This document shows positions 49,890-60,528 of a stretch of DNA of 64,000 nucleotides, in pieces. The position numbers were made by a program, and so were the translations under genes. The stretch spans positions 64,001-128,000 of the forward strand of contig JBBSVO010000004.1 in the NCBI GenBank assembly GCA_038046805.1, written 5' to 3'. This DNA comes from Candidatus Micrarchaeota archaeon (lineage in GTDB: Archaea > Micrarchaeota > Micrarchaeia > Anstonellales > Bilamarchaeaceae). Numbering within the stretch: the first letter of the stretch is position 1; each line of letters starts with the position of its first letter. Under the pieces are notes generated by a model, which did not search any database, had not been told where the DNA came from, and worked only from the letters and a program-made list of their open reading frames with translations.

Positions 49890-50861
49890 ATGGATATGAA
49901 ACCTGTGTTTTGGAATCCGATGTTTTTGGGTGCGTATGGCATTGCAAAAGTAACTGGGAATCATTTTAGAAGAGCACAGTTAATAGAAGAACGAGCAGAT
50001 TACCTCGCAGCAAAAAATGCTAAAAAACCTGAGGAGATAGCTAAGATTTTTGAAAAAGCTGGTGAAATATTAAAATGGTATAATTATTGTCATTCTAAAA
50101 AGAGTGAAGAAGCAAACGCACGGGTTTATGAAAAGGCTGCGAGATATTATGAAAGAGCACATTCTAAGAATTCTGCGGGCACGATATATTACAGACTTGC
50201 TGAAATTTATGGGACTTCGTTGCACAGACTAGCTGATGCTGCAAGAGCTTATGAAAAGGCATACGCTATGAATGGAGGTCCATACGCTATGAAAACGGTT
50301 GCTAGACTATATCAAAAAATGGGCAGAATTGAAGATGCTGCCAGAGCATATGCGATGGGAGGATGTAGTTTAGATGCTGCAATAATATATGATAAACTAG
50401 GTAGATTCTCGGATGTTGCGAGAATGCTTGTACGAATAATTAAATATGAAACGCCACAACGGAATGAGAAGCAAAAATTTTATTTTGCTGAGTCTAATTA
50501 TGGATGGGGCGAGGGTGGTATCGATAGACTGGGAGAATTGTTAAGACTCGTATATACCCATCAAGGAAATGAGGGTCTGGAAGAGTGTAGAAATGATATC
50601 GAGGCTTTTAAAGAAGCGGCTGAGAGACGATGGAGAACAAGAGTATATCTGTTTCAGTCTGATCTTTCTCCCTCACCATCCGACAGTAGAAAATATGATA
50701 GTCCACCTAAGACATTGGATCAGACTATTGCCGATAGTATAAACGGAATACCAGATCTTATATGGGATATAATTAACTTAGGACAAAAATCAACATACGA
50801 TTCAGATGCGTTTTTTGGGGGTCAACATGGTCGCGGACCAGATACTGGCGGCTCCCATTAG
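49890..50861 (+). CDS. TPR/SNAP-like helical repeat protein
   Basis: Repeated AARxYEKA helices. Confidence 0.6.
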   Translation: MDMKPVFWNPMFLGAYGIAKVTGNHFRRAQLIEERADYLAAKNAKKPEEIAKIFEKAGEILKWYNYCHSKKSEEANARVYEKAARYYERAHSKNSAGTIYYRLAEIYGTSLHRLADAARAYEKAYAMNGGPYAMKTVARLYQKMGRIEDAARAYAMGGCSLDAAIIYDKLGRFSDVARMLVRIIKYETPQRNEKQKFYFAESNYGWGEGGIDRLGELLRLVYTHQGNEGLEECRNDIEAFKEAAERRWRTRVYLFQSDLSPSPSDSRKYDSPPKTLDQTIADSINGIPDLIWDIINLGQKSTYDSDAFFGGQHGRGPDTGGSH

Positions 50862-50964
50862 CTCAAGACACTAAACCGGAAACCCTTTCTCAGCACAGGT
50901 TGGATACCCCGAGGGGCAATCACCCAAACGTTATGTTTTTATACCTCGCCAAAGTAAATTAATC

Positions 50965-51159
50965 ATGACACGCGGAATAACCATGGAAATGCTGCATGAG
51001 GATTTGGAATCCCTGAAACGGGATTTTGCAGCGATAAGGGCGCTACTTCTGGAGCCAAAACTGAAAAAGGAGATAGTTACGCGGGTAAAAGAAGCCAGAA
51101 AGAGAATGAAATACGCCTATGTTTCAAACGAAGATATGCGAAAAGAGTTTGGTGTTTGA
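50965..51159 (+). CDS. Putative antitoxin for RelE
   Basis: 64 aa, directly upstream of the RelE gene. Confidence 0.7.
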   Translation: MTRGITMEMLHEDLESLKRDFAAIRALLLEPKLKKEIVTRVKEARKRMKYAYVSNEDMRKEFGV

Positions 51160-51417
51160 GTGGCTTACGAAATCAGATGGGACGAAAAAGCCAGGGACTT
51201 TCTGAAAACAATCCCACGGGTGGAAGCACAAAGAATTATAAAAAGAATCAACGGAATTGCTGATTTTCCCGAGCATTATATTGAGGCATTAACCGGGATA
51301 AATGCATATAAATTAAGGGCAGGAGATTACAGGCTAATTATTGACCTTGACAAAACAGATAAAATCATCATGGTGCGGTTCATAGGCCATAGAAAAAATA
51401 TCTATGAAAAATTATAA
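51160..51417 (+). CDS. relE: RelE/ParE family toxin
   Basis: YKLRAGDYRLI...IGHRKNIY. Confidence 0.92.
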   Translation: MAYEIRWDEKARDFLKTIPRVEAQRIIKRINGIADFPEHYIEALTGINAYKLRAGDYRLIIDLDKTDKIIMVRFIGHRKNIYEKL

Positions 51418-51459
51418 CCGGTAAACGCGGAACTCAAAACCCGAAACTGGAAATGCAAC

Positions 51460-51879
51460 TCAGCACGTCGGTATTCCTGTTCCGGTATTCTTAAGCAGTA
51501 CTTCCAATACAAACGGCACCAACAAGTAGATTAAAGCCGCGATTATCGCGCCATTGAACATTGATGTTGCCCATACTGAAGCCCGTGCACGTGTTTCCGC
51601 ACCCATGACCTGCCCGACCGCGTAAACCAGAGAAGCAGATACAACCATGAACATCATGCCGACTGCAAGGGAATTCTTGACAAGTTGGCAAAGCTGGTAA
51701 AGGGCATCGTAGATTTCACCGCCCTGACCGGTGAAGCCACTTGTACCCCCTGAACTACCAGTTCCTCCACTGCCACCGGGGTTTGTACCAAAACCCCCTG
51801 AACCACCGCCAGCTCCTGGTGCGTAGAGAACAAGCGGGAGAACGAATATTATGAATACTAGCAAACTTAATTTTTTCAT
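51460..51879 (-). CDS. Pilin-like (TrbC/VirB2-like) membrane protein
   Basis: Signal peptide, Gly-rich linker, two TM helices around GQVMGAETRARASVWA. Confidence 0.65.
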   Translation of the reverse strand: MKKLSLLVFIIFVLPLVLYAPGAGGGSGGFGTNPGGSGGTGSSGGTSGFTGQGGEIYDALYQLCQLVKNSLAVGMMFMVVSASLVYAVGQVMGAETRARASVWATSMFNGAIIAALIYLLVPFVLEVLLKNTGTGIPTC

Positions 51880-51943
51880 AGGACTACCTTTGATAATATA
51901 TAAACAATGAACTAATAAACTTTAAAAAGCCGCGTCACCGCAC

Positions 51944-54900
51944 TTATGGTTCAAACAAAGTCGTGATTTTTTTAATCAGATCTGTTTGCTCAAGAGATAA
52001 ATCCTCTTGTGAAAGTCTGGCCACGGCAGATCGTATTGCAGAAACAACATTTGCACTGCTCTGTTGGATAATCCCACTTGAAACAAGTGCATCATACATT
52101 GCATTGTACAACGCAGATTTAGTAGTCTCGTCCAAAGATAACTCCGTGCCTCTTAAATACTGACTCCAAGGCCTGCTGTCAGATCTCAAATATGCTTCAA
52201 ATGTTTCTGTAAAATCAAGAATTAAGTCGTCTTTAGACATTGATACGTCGTCCGCAGTTATTGCATTGATCTTGCTCAGGATTACATCATCCAATGGAAC
52301 TTTACCGCCAGCTACTTTGAATACTCCCGACAATACACCTGCATCATAAACCGCCAAAGCAACTTTATACCTGACATCGGTAGACTCCCCGCTCAAAAGT
52401 CTTCCATTCAGAAACCAGTTCCATACGTCATTGGTTCCAAGCACTAAACCATCTACATCATAACCATGGGCGTCTTTATTGAAAAGCCTGTAGATGTCAA
52501 ACTCTTCCGAATTAAGACGAGCTACGTTCACTGTTCCATTTTTCGTGTGAAAATCAACAAAATCAGTCAACTGATCGAATAGACGGGTCGGATTGTCCAC
52601 GTAAACCGCCATTAAAGTAACATTTGTACCAGGTACTGGGCTATATAAAACCTTTGAAAGTGCAATTTCAACATCTACTCTCTGGGCTTCACTTACCGAA
52701 TTGGACTCCGCAAATTTGAGTAGGTTTTGCGTATCGCTAGCATCTACTACTGTTTCTAGCACAATTTTTGCAAAAGTTAATTCTCGCGAAACTTGTCCTG
52801 TAGACAAACCTTCGGCTTTTTGTAATGCTAATTCAAATTGGGTTATGTTTATCCATTTGAATTCCGCATCTTTACCTGTGCAAAGTCTTTTTGCAATCGA
52901 GGAACTGTAAACGGATGACAGGTTAGACAAACGCACAAGATACTTGTCAAATGTAGCTGCTGCCATACCTGAGACGTTCCAGACATTTATTATTTGTTCC
53001 TTGGAGAACCCCTTATCAAGCAAATCGGATAAATGATCTGCAATAAGTGGAGAGAGCGTTTTGTCTGTTCTAACCCCTTCAAATACTGGATTATTAACCT
53101 TATGCTCTCTCGAAGGTATCTCCATTTGAGAAAATGCTGCACACGATTTAATTTTACGGTCTGTATTTCCAGAAGATGCAGCCCAATACCCCTTTGATAT
53201 ATATCCCTGAATCGTTTGCAGTTCCTGGATATACTGTTCCGCAGTTTCTTTTGAGCCCGGACTAACGAATTTTCGCGTCACATTGTCCAAAATATCTTTT
53301 CCATCAACAGCCTCTTTGAATTTTGCCACTACGACTTCAAAATCAGAAATCTGCCTTGCCGTCAAACCACTCAGTTTTGGAACTAATGATTCTGGTAACT
53401 CGGCAGCAGTAACCGCTTTCTCTAATCTTTTATCTAATTCTTCCTGCGGAGTTTGTTCAAAAAATAATTTATGAGTCAGATTTCCTGCAGGACGCAAGTA
53501 CCATTCCGCAGCAGGTCGTTCTCTGGTAAGAACTACGTTCCCAGAATCAAAAGCAACAATTAATGGAAGAAGTGTAACAAATACGTTAGTTCCTATGCTT
53601 AACGAGGACCCAAGACCACCAAAAAAGCCGCTTGACCACGGAGAACGCATTGCATATCTTGGATTTAACCACCATCGCGGTGCATATAATGGGTTTGATT
53701 TAGTTGAAAGCGCATCGCCAAGATCTCTTGTAAGTTTGTCATTAACTTCAATAGCATCGCGTGTAAACAAATTGCTCCATTTACCAACCCATATTGGCTT
53801 TTGTTGTACCTGGAAGCGCCCAAGATAATTTTCTCCAAGCTCCTTAAGATATGCAGGAACAGTTACTCTATCAACTTCTCGATTAAACGGCTGGGTAGCA
53901 TCCATCAAAAACAGGTCTATGAGTCTGGTTCCGCCAACTGGATCCTGAGTATACATATGATCAAGAACTCTTTGACAAACTGTTGCGTTGGTTAAATTTC
54001 TTCGAAGAATTTGCTCGAAAGGACGTGCTCCATCTCCTGAACGATAACTATAATTAGTCATTTCATCAAGAATATCTCTTTGTACATTTGGGTCGATAGT
54101 CTCAAGATCAAATACGTGCGCAAGTCTTGCAAATACTATTTCTAGTGCGGGCTCTGCTGGACCTAACCTCATCTCGCCTGAGATAAGACGAGGCAATAAT
54201 CTTGCCCTTCCTCCTGGCTTTTGTGCTTGTGCTAAATCCGTATAAATAACATGAAGTGAATCCGTACCAAGTGTCTCAAATACCCTGCCAACTTGTTGAG
54301 ATGAAGCGCTATCTAAAGCAGATCGTCCTCCATTGATCAACCCTTGTCTTGCTTTTATCTTATCTGTTTCAGATCCTTTTGAATATTCTGCTATTTTCCC
54401 ATCCATCCACGTCCTGTAAGTAGCTGGATTTCTGGCTTTAAGCCTGCTCATTGTATCATGTCGGGTAGCAATACCTAATCTAAACAAAAATTCGTCGAAA
54501 ACTTCTATTTGTGCCTGACCCTTGATAATGGGATCATTTCGCAGAGCCTGCGGATCACCAGCAACGGGCTTGCCTAATGCTATGGCAGCGCGTGCATAAT
54601 ATTCATTACTCAGTTGAGGAAGCTGAACTTCGGGTGGCAAATGTCCTTTCAAAGACGTTTCAAGAGCCTCAGAATCTTTTAACATATTCCTCAATGTAGT
54701 TAATTCTGAAATATTACGTGGCCCACCATCCTTGGGAGTTGTAATATGCAATTGGTCTGAAGTTTCTAAAGCTGTAAGCGAAGTTTCAAATTTCTTTAAA
54801 GCACCTGAAAACTGAGATAACGTGGTCTCATCAAGAGGAGCACCCCTGGTTAGTGCTCTTCCCCTAATATCCTCGAGAGTATTCTGAATCGCTTCCAAGC

Positions 54901-57664
54901 GAGCCAACAAATCGGTATGGGCATTGGCAAAATCAGAGGCTTCGTCGGGAGGTAACCCCTTCCTTGTTAAACCACTAACCAAATCCTGTCCTTCTCCGAC
55001 TAAATGAGGGACTAAACCACTAACTCTCCAACGCATACAGAATATTTGAACTCCAACTGCTCCACTAGCATGTGCAGTGTTAATGTCGTTCAGTAGTCCG
55101 TTTGCACGATTTACCTCACCACTTAAAAGTTCTGCTTCGACAGTATTAAGCGCTGTATTGAAAGCAACTTCGTTCTGGGTGGATAGTCTCATTTCACGCG
55201 GGACGTTCGAACCACGAATATTGGAAACCTCTTGTAAATTTGGAAGTATTGTTTCAAGATAATTAATTGCATTTTCTGCAACAAGCGGCCCACCACTTAC
55301 TAAATTGTGTTCTATACTCCTTAGTTCAGATTCAAGCGCAGTTTTTGTAGTAAGAAGTAGATTAGCAAATTCTCGCCCTCCAAATGCAGTTCTGAGTGTA
55401 CTAACTCTTCCAAATTCAGGGGAAATCAATTGAAAACCTGCATCTTTTGCCTTAAACGGATTCATAACGACTTCCGACTCATAACCCCTCAGATTATTAA
55501 GAAGAGCCTGTTTGGTTTCAGAAGTGAGGTTTAAACTATTTAATCGGGTTCTTGCAGTACTAGTTCTTTGTAGAAACGCGTATGCAAGAGTTTCACTTTG
55601 AGAAAGGTATGATTCTGCACCTGAGAGACTTCGAGTGAATAAAAAATTTTCAACAGATTGACGCTGTGGCGGATCATTAATTCTTAAACTTGTTTGAGAA
55701 TCTAAGTTTAACCTGTTTAAATTAGACCAATACCGTTGATTCCTCTCTAGTAAACCGACCCGCGCTTCAAGATCTGTCACCCGAGCGCCTATATTTTCGC
55801 CTCTTGCTTCTGCAGTTCTAGCCTCAGTTATAGTATTAGAAATAAGAGAATATGTATCAGGATGTAAATTCGATCTAAGTCCGGCAGCTTTAGATTCTAA
55901 ACGAGTTAATATTTCAGCTGAAGTTTCTCCAGGGGTGCCAGTTGTAGGCGCTCCGGCCCTCATTGCCCTTCGATCTGCCTCTTCAAAACTACGTCTGCCT
56001 CTTGGGGCGAAAACAGATCTTTTATCTGCAGGACTCTCAGGCCCATGACGCTCGTCTGGTGTTGATCTTGAATAATAAAGTTTTTTACCGCCCATCCCTT
56101 CTCTCCCCACTTCCACAGCTTCGGCTGGCCTTTCAACTTCTGTTCTAATTGGTATTACTTTAGCCCCCGAACCCTTTTTAATACCTTGTCCCACTCCTAT
56201 GACCTTTGCCCCTTCCAATGCTTCCTTAAGCGAGGATTTCACTGCTGAAAGTCTTCCCGTAGCGACTCCAAGTCCGAACGCCCCGAAAACAGCATTCTGA
56301 ACTGTTTCTTTTACAAGCTCCGGAGTATAACCATACTTCGCGCCTTCCACCGCCCCGCGAATTGCATTATAACCCATTGAGCCTGTAAAATATACGCCGA
56401 TTGCCCTTTCCGAAAGCACAAGCGAATACGCTCCGGTGGTAAGTGCTTCTGAGCCGCTGCGAGACGCAACGGCCAGCATTCCCTTTGCCGCAGTGCCGAG
56501 CATTAACGGTGCCATCATCAGCATTCCCGCTAGAACCAGGTCATTGTTTTTCGTAACAATCCCCAGATGAGTATAAAATCCGCCCTTTACGGCAAAATAT
56601 GCCGAAGCAGCAAGTGGAGCGGCAGGACCGCCGACTTTCGCACCGATTACTCCCATTCCCAGAACTGCTGCATCTGCAACAACCTCTTTCCATTGAGAAG
56701 GAGATATCCCAGTATTCGCATAAACCGCTTCCCCGATTCTCTTGTTTGCAGCTTCCCGGACTGAAACGATTTGCTCTGCCGCCTGCTTGAAAAGTTTTGC
56801 CGCCTTTTTTGAATCATCCTGCTTAAGCGAAGCAGATGCCTGGGCAAGAAGCACTTCAACTTCTGAATACGCATCACCGAGTTTTTTCCTGACTCCGGCA
56901 TCAATGAGTTTTTCCTCAACCGGCCTGCCAGATTTATCAAGAACGACCTTTCCTTTCTTGAATGTGACTGTCTGTGCATCAAGCGTACTTTTGGATTCGT
57001 CTCTTACGCTTTTTAGTGCCTCTCTCAAAACATCCGCGAATTTCTCTGTATGGCCCTTTAGATAAATTTCGCTGTGTGTGTGCCAAAGCATCCTTTCCGC
57101 AACTGACGAATCAATCGCCTGTGCCTGGGAAATGAGGGCAATATGCTTAAGCGCCTTCTGACTAGGGGACAACTCCGCACCGAATAATTCAGATAAAGAA
57201 ACCATTGATGCTAGCTTTAGGTCTCCACTTAGGCCGGCAAATGCGGCTTTTATTTCCTTTTCCTTGTAGATGGACGCGGTTTTCAGTAAATCGCTTCTTG
57301 CATCTGAAATATTTTGGCTACCGGAATATACTGCTGAAGAATATGCCTTTGCACATTCCAGCTTTACTGCGAATTCGGCTCTTTTCGCGGAAAAGTCCGC
57401 GTATTCTAATGCAAATGAACGTACGAAATCTTCGTCAGGTTTTCCGCTTTTTTTTGCGTTTTGGAGTGTGGTTTCAAGCCTGTTTGCCCAGTCTATTCCG
57501 GAATTGCAAAGCCTGGATAGATCCTCCTTTAACCTTGGCAAAAACTGGCCGCTTTTTATATCGGCGAGCGAGCCCTCAAGACTTGTTCTATCCGCCCTGA
57601 CGGAATCCAATAAATTAGAGTAGCCAGCATCGAATGCAGAAACCTGTTTGTAATCCATAACCAA
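51944..57664 (-). CDS. Giant hypothetical protein (1906 aa)
   Basis: Long ORF; helical N-terminus; Gly/Ala-rich hydrophobic block at about aa 325-470; second hydrophobic segment near aa 1350-1375. Confidence 0.8.
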   Translation of the reverse strand: MVMDYKQVSAFDAGYSNLLDSVRADRTSLEGSLADIKSGQFLPRLKEDLSRLCNSGIDWANRLETTLQNAKKSGKPDEDFVRSFALEYADFSAKRAEFAVKLECAKAYSSAVYSGSQNISDARSDLLKTASIYKEKEIKAAFAGLSGDLKLASMVSLSELFGAELSPSQKALKHIALISQAQAIDSSVAERMLWHTHSEIYLKGHTEKFADVLREALKSVRDESKSTLDAQTVTFKKGKVVLDKSGRPVEEKLIDAGVRKKLGDAYSEVEVLLAQASASLKQDDSKKAAKLFKQAAEQIVSVREAANKRIGEAVYANTGISPSQWKEVVADAAVLGMGVIGAKVGGPAAPLAASAYFAVKGGFYTHLGIVTKNNDLVLAGMLMMAPLMLGTAAKGMLAVASRSGSEALTTGAYSLVLSERAIGVYFTGSMGYNAIRGAVEGAKYGYTPELVKETVQNAVFGAFGLGVATGRLSAVKSSLKEALEGAKVIGVGQGIKKGSGAKVIPIRTEVERPAEAVEVGREGMGGKKLYYSRSTPDERHGPESPADKRSVFAPRGRRSFEEADRRAMRAGAPTTGTPGETSAEILTRLESKAAGLRSNLHPDTYSLISNTITEARTAEARGENIGARVTDLEARVGLLERNQRYWSNLNRLNLDSQTSLRINDPPQRQSVENFLFTRSLSGAESYLSQSETLAYAFLQRTSTARTRLNSLNLTSETKQALLNNLRGYESEVVMNPFKAKDAGFQLISPEFGRVSTLRTAFGGREFANLLLTTKTALESELRSIEHNLVSGGPLVAENAINYLETILPNLQEVSNIRGSNVPREMRLSTQNEVAFNTALNTVEAELLSGEVNRANGLLNDINTAHASGAVGVQIFCMRWRVSGLVPHLVGEGQDLVSGLTRKGLPPDEASDFANAHTDLLARLEAIQNTLEDIRGRALTRGAPLDETTLSQFSGALKKFETSLTALETSDQLHITTPKDGGPRNISELTTLRNMLKDSEALETSLKGHLPPEVQLPQLSNEYYARAAIALGKPVAGDPQALRNDPIIKGQAQIEVFDEFLFRLGIATRHDTMSRLKARNPATYRTWMDGKIAEYSKGSETDKIKARQGLINGGRSALDSASSQQVGRVFETLGTDSLHVIYTDLAQAQKPGGRARLLPRLISGEMRLGPAEPALEIVFARLAHVFDLETIDPNVQRDILDEMTNYSYRSGDGARPFEQILRRNLTNATVCQRVLDHMYTQDPVGGTRLIDLFLMDATQPFNREVDRVTVPAYLKELGENYLGRFQVQQKPIWVGKWSNLFTRDAIEVNDKLTRDLGDALSTKSNPLYAPRWWLNPRYAMRSPWSSGFFGGLGSSLSIGTNVFVTLLPLIVAFDSGNVVLTRERPAAEWYLRPAGNLTHKLFFEQTPQEELDKRLEKAVTAAELPESLVPKLSGLTARQISDFEVVVAKFKEAVDGKDILDNVTRKFVSPGSKETAEQYIQELQTIQGYISKGYWAASSGNTDRKIKSCAAFSQMEIPSREHKVNNPVFEGVRTDKTLSPLIADHLSDLLDKGFSKEQIINVWNVSGMAAATFDKYLVRLSNLSSVYSSSIAKRLCTGKDAEFKWINITQFELALQKAEGLSTGQVSRELTFAKIVLETVVDASDTQNLLKFAESNSVSEAQRVDVEIALSKVLYSPVPGTNVTLMAVYVDNPTRLFDQLTDFVDFHTKNGTVNVARLNSEEFDIYRLFNKDAHGYDVDGLVLGTNDVWNWFLNGRLLSGESTDVRYKVALAVYDAGVLSGVFKVAGGKVPLDDVILSKINAITADDVSMSKDDLILDFTETFEAYLRSDSRPWSQYLRGTELSLDETTKSALYNAMYDALVSSGIIQQSSANVVSAIRSAVARLSQEDLSLEQTDLIKKITTLFEP

Positions 57665-57865
57665 CCACCATTAATGCCTATCTATAATTTGCTCAAAACA
57701 AGTTTATAAAGGCGATGGTTTGAGTGTCTTGCGTCTAGCGTCTTGGGTTTTGTGTCCTGGGTCTCGCGTCCGATAAACCAGTCTTGAGTTTTGTATTCTG
57801 GGTACTGGAAACTGGCTGCGCATTGCCGATTGCGCGCTGCCCATTACTCATTGCCAGAATAAGTC

Positions 57866-59225
57866 AATCTTTTCCCATTTTCAGGAAACTTTTGACCGAT
57901 TCTTTCCCAAAATCGGGAAACTTTTACTAAAACTGCTTGAAAAAAGCCAAAAGGCTAAAAAAGGCCCAAAACAATAAGCTGGCGCTCACTAATAACCAGG
58001 GTCTTTTCAGAAAATCCCCTTAACTGGGAGCGGCCTTTTGATATCCCGCCTATTTCAATTATGAATTTCTCCCGCCCGCGCTCTACGATGTAATCCGGAT
58101 TTTTCTTCATGCCCTTGATTGTGCTTACCCTCCATCCCCGCAACCTGAAAAAGAAAACCGCCAGCTCTTCCCTTAACGCACCGATATCCGGTTCTACGCC
58201 AAGGTTCCTGCAAACTGCTTTTCGCATTACAGGATGATAGAACATCAGTTTCGGGTCCCCCCGGACAAGCTTTGCACCACGGCCATAAGGCTTTACCAAT
58301 CTGAGGATACGCATGAGCTCCAGGATATGAACCAGATGATATGCCTTGTTTTTTGGGATCCCGAGCGTTCCGGCAAGGCTGTTTATACTGAACTCCCCGA
58401 GCCTGGAGGTTGCGAGAAAAACCAGGGCGCGCCCCATCTGAAGTATAAGGTCTCCATCCACATTTGGAAGAAAAACCGCGTCCTCGGAAACAGACTTTTG
58501 AATGCTATTGTAGATGCTATCAAGCGTTTTATCGGCATAGGAAAAAAACGTCGGAAACGCACCACCGTCCATGTAAGCATTGAAGACTTCATAAATCTTA
58601 GGATTGGCCGCGATAATTTCAAGGGTTTTGTCCACAGACCTCCACGCTTCCTTGTCCTGCACATCGATTGAATCGCCTTTAAGCTCTGAAAATTCCAGAA
58701 TTGAAAGCGGTTCCACCTCTATGATTTCGTATCTTCGTTCAGGCTCAAACGCAAGCGGGGCGCTGCCTGAAACAATTATAGTAAGCCCGGGAAACTCGTC
58801 ATAAAGCGCTTTTGTATCTGTTTTCCAGTTTTTGTAATGGTGCGCCTCGTCCATAAGAAGACTAGAATACCCTTCCGACACCAGCTTTTGACCAAGGTCG
58901 TATAATGAATGAAGCTGAACATGCGGGTTATCCATTGAAAGGTACATGGAGCGGGGTGAACCTAAAAGCTGTAATAATGCGGTGGTTTTTCCCAGCCCGC
59001 GAAAGCCGCGCAACACCTTTATCCTCGGCTCCCTTCCAACAGCCACCCGTGATAGAAAATAACGCCTTTTGAATCCTTCAACTGTCTTCGCAAGGCGCAT
59101 CGCAGTTTCCCGAATCTCAAGCGAATTGATGTCTACCATAAGGTATATTCAGCGTATGTGTTTTTAATCTTTTCCCATTTTCAGGAAACTTTTGACAGAT
59201 TCTTTCCCAAAATCGGGAAACTTTT
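57866..59225. repeat. 60-bp direct repeats (57866-57925 and 59166-59225) flanking the ATPase gene
   Basis: 59/60 identical; each copy has two TTTCCC-N6-GGAAA imperfect palindromes. Confidence 0.9.
57955..59139 (-). CDS. AAA+ ATPase (COG1373/DUF4143-like) with wHTH and C-terminal nuclease-like motif
   Basis: GFRGLGKTT, LLMDEAH, VSGS, GGAFP, KLMFYH, PDYIV...IEIGG. Confidence 0.88.
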   Translation of the reverse strand: MVDINSLEIRETAMRLAKTVEGFKRRYFLSRVAVGREPRIKVLRGFRGLGKTTALLQLLGSPRSMYLSMDNPHVQLHSLYDLGQKLVSEGYSSLLMDEAHHYKNWKTDTKALYDEFPGLTIIVSGSAPLAFEPERRYEIIEVEPLSILEFSELKGDSIDVQDKEAWRSVDKTLEIIAANPKIYEVFNAYMDGGAFPTFFSYADKTLDSIYNSIQKSVSEDAVFLPNVDGDLILQMGRALVFLATSRLGEFSINSLAGTLGIPKNKAYHLVHILELMRILRLVKPYGRGAKLVRGDPKLMFYHPVMRKAVCRNLGVEPDIGALREELAVFFFRLRGWRVSTIKGMKKNPDYIVERGREKFIIEIGGISKGRSQLRGFSEKTLVISERQLIVLGLF

Positions 59226-59246
59226 GAGATTTTTGCAACAATCAGA

Positions 59247-59831
59247 TTAATGAGCCTCAACAGAGGCTTGTTCTCTTGCCCTCTTTTCAATGCTCTCGAT
59301 TTCCAGAGAGGCAGTTTCCCGCAGCAACGGCTCTTTTGACATTTTCGCGATAAGCTTAATGGAAGAAACGGCCCGGGTAGAAACAAATGTTTTCAGATGG
59401 CGTTCGAACAATCTGACAAAACTGTCTGTAAAACAATTTGGATGGGAATTCATAATTGATTCCGCCGCAAGTTCCCACCTCTCATGCTTTAACAGAAAAT
59501 GCACTCCAAAAGGACGAATGTCATCCCGTCCCCTTTCAGCCACATCTGCAATTCTCCCGAAGCGCCCGTGCTTTTCCAAAAGACCAATCGCAGTGAGGGC
59601 AGTTGGTACATCTGTAGTGTTTAGCAAATATCCGTGCATCCTGTGAAGACAGTCCGCCACTGCACTCGAATCGTCCAGATGGGTAAAATAATCAGAATGA
59701 ATTGGTTCGAAATCTTTTGCGGAAACAGAACGACGCGGATTAAGGATATACTCGGATGGCGAGGACTCATCTTTCCATCTGTACCAGTTCGGTTGAATCG
59801 TCCTGCGTTGAAAAATAGAAAGGAATCTCAT
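59247..59831 (-). CDS. Hypothetical protein
   Basis: 194-aa ORF. Confidence 0.5.
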   Translation of the reverse strand: MRFLSIFQRRTIQPNWYRWKDESSPSEYILNPRRSVSAKDFEPIHSDYFTHLDDSSAVADCLHRMHGYLLNTTDVPTALTAIGLLEKHGRFGRIADVAERGRDDIRPFGVHFLLKHERWELAAESIMNSHPNCFTDSFVRLFERHLKTFVSTRAVSSIKLIAKMSKEPLLRETASLEIESIEKRAREQASVEAH

Positions 59832-59938
59832 TGATGAGTATATAAGCGGAAAACGTTATAAAGATTGGTGGAATAATGGAGATTGGGAAAAGAAAAGATT
59901 TATAATTATATGTTAAGTATAATTAGATTGGTGATATA

Positions 59939-60148
59939 ATGGACATCCGAACAAGAACAAGAAGATGGGGGAATTCGATTGGCATAACTATTCCAAAAGA
60001 GATTGCAGATAAGATGCACATCCACGAAGATGAGGACGTCATTATAGAGGTTAAAAAAACATTTTCGTTAAAGGACGCATTCGGCTCGCACAGGTTCAAA
60101 AAACCCACGGATCAGATTATGCGCGAAATTGACGAGGGGTGGGACTGA
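59939..60148 (+). CDS. AbrB/MazE-type antitoxin (VapB)
   Basis: RRWGNSIGITIPKE. Confidence 0.9.
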   Translation: MDIRTRTRRWGNSIGITIPKEIADKMHIHEDEDVIIEVKKTFSLKDAFGSHRFKKPTDQIMREIDEGWD

Positions 60149-60516
60149 TGTATTATCTTGATACCTACGCCCTAATAGAGTATCTAAAAGGAAATCCCAA
60201 ATACAAAAGATACATTGAATACGCAATTTCAACAAGCCGCTTTAATCTCATGGAATTATATTATGCATCTCTAAGAGATTCTGATGAGGAAACTGCAGAA
60301 CGGGATTATGAAACATTCGTACCTGCGGAAGTTGAAATTCCAGAACGCACATTGAAAAACGCGATGAAATTTAGACTTGATCTCCAACAAAAAAAGAAAG
60401 CTAACTTGTCGTATGTTGATGCTATAGGATACCGGTATGCACTGGAGAACAAACTAAAGTTCCTGACTGGCGACAAAGCGTTTGAAGGCCTGGAAAATGT
60501 GGAATTCGTGAAATGA
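60148..60516 (+). CDS. PIN-domain toxin (VapC)
   Basis: YYLDTYALIE, LSYVDA, LTGDKAF; TGATG overlap. Confidence 0.9.
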   Translation: MYYLDTYALIEYLKGNPKYKRYIEYAISTSRFNLMELYYASLRDSDEETAERDYETFVPAEVEIPERTLKNAMKFRLDLQQKKKANLSYVDAIGYRYALENKLKFLTGDKAFEGLENVEFVK

Positions 60517-60528
60517 AAGGCTGAATCT

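Noticed and set aside
59290..59646. Plus-strand 118-aa ORF and the many similar short antisense ORFs in the track
   Set aside because: They lie opposite longer, better-supported genes and lack motifs
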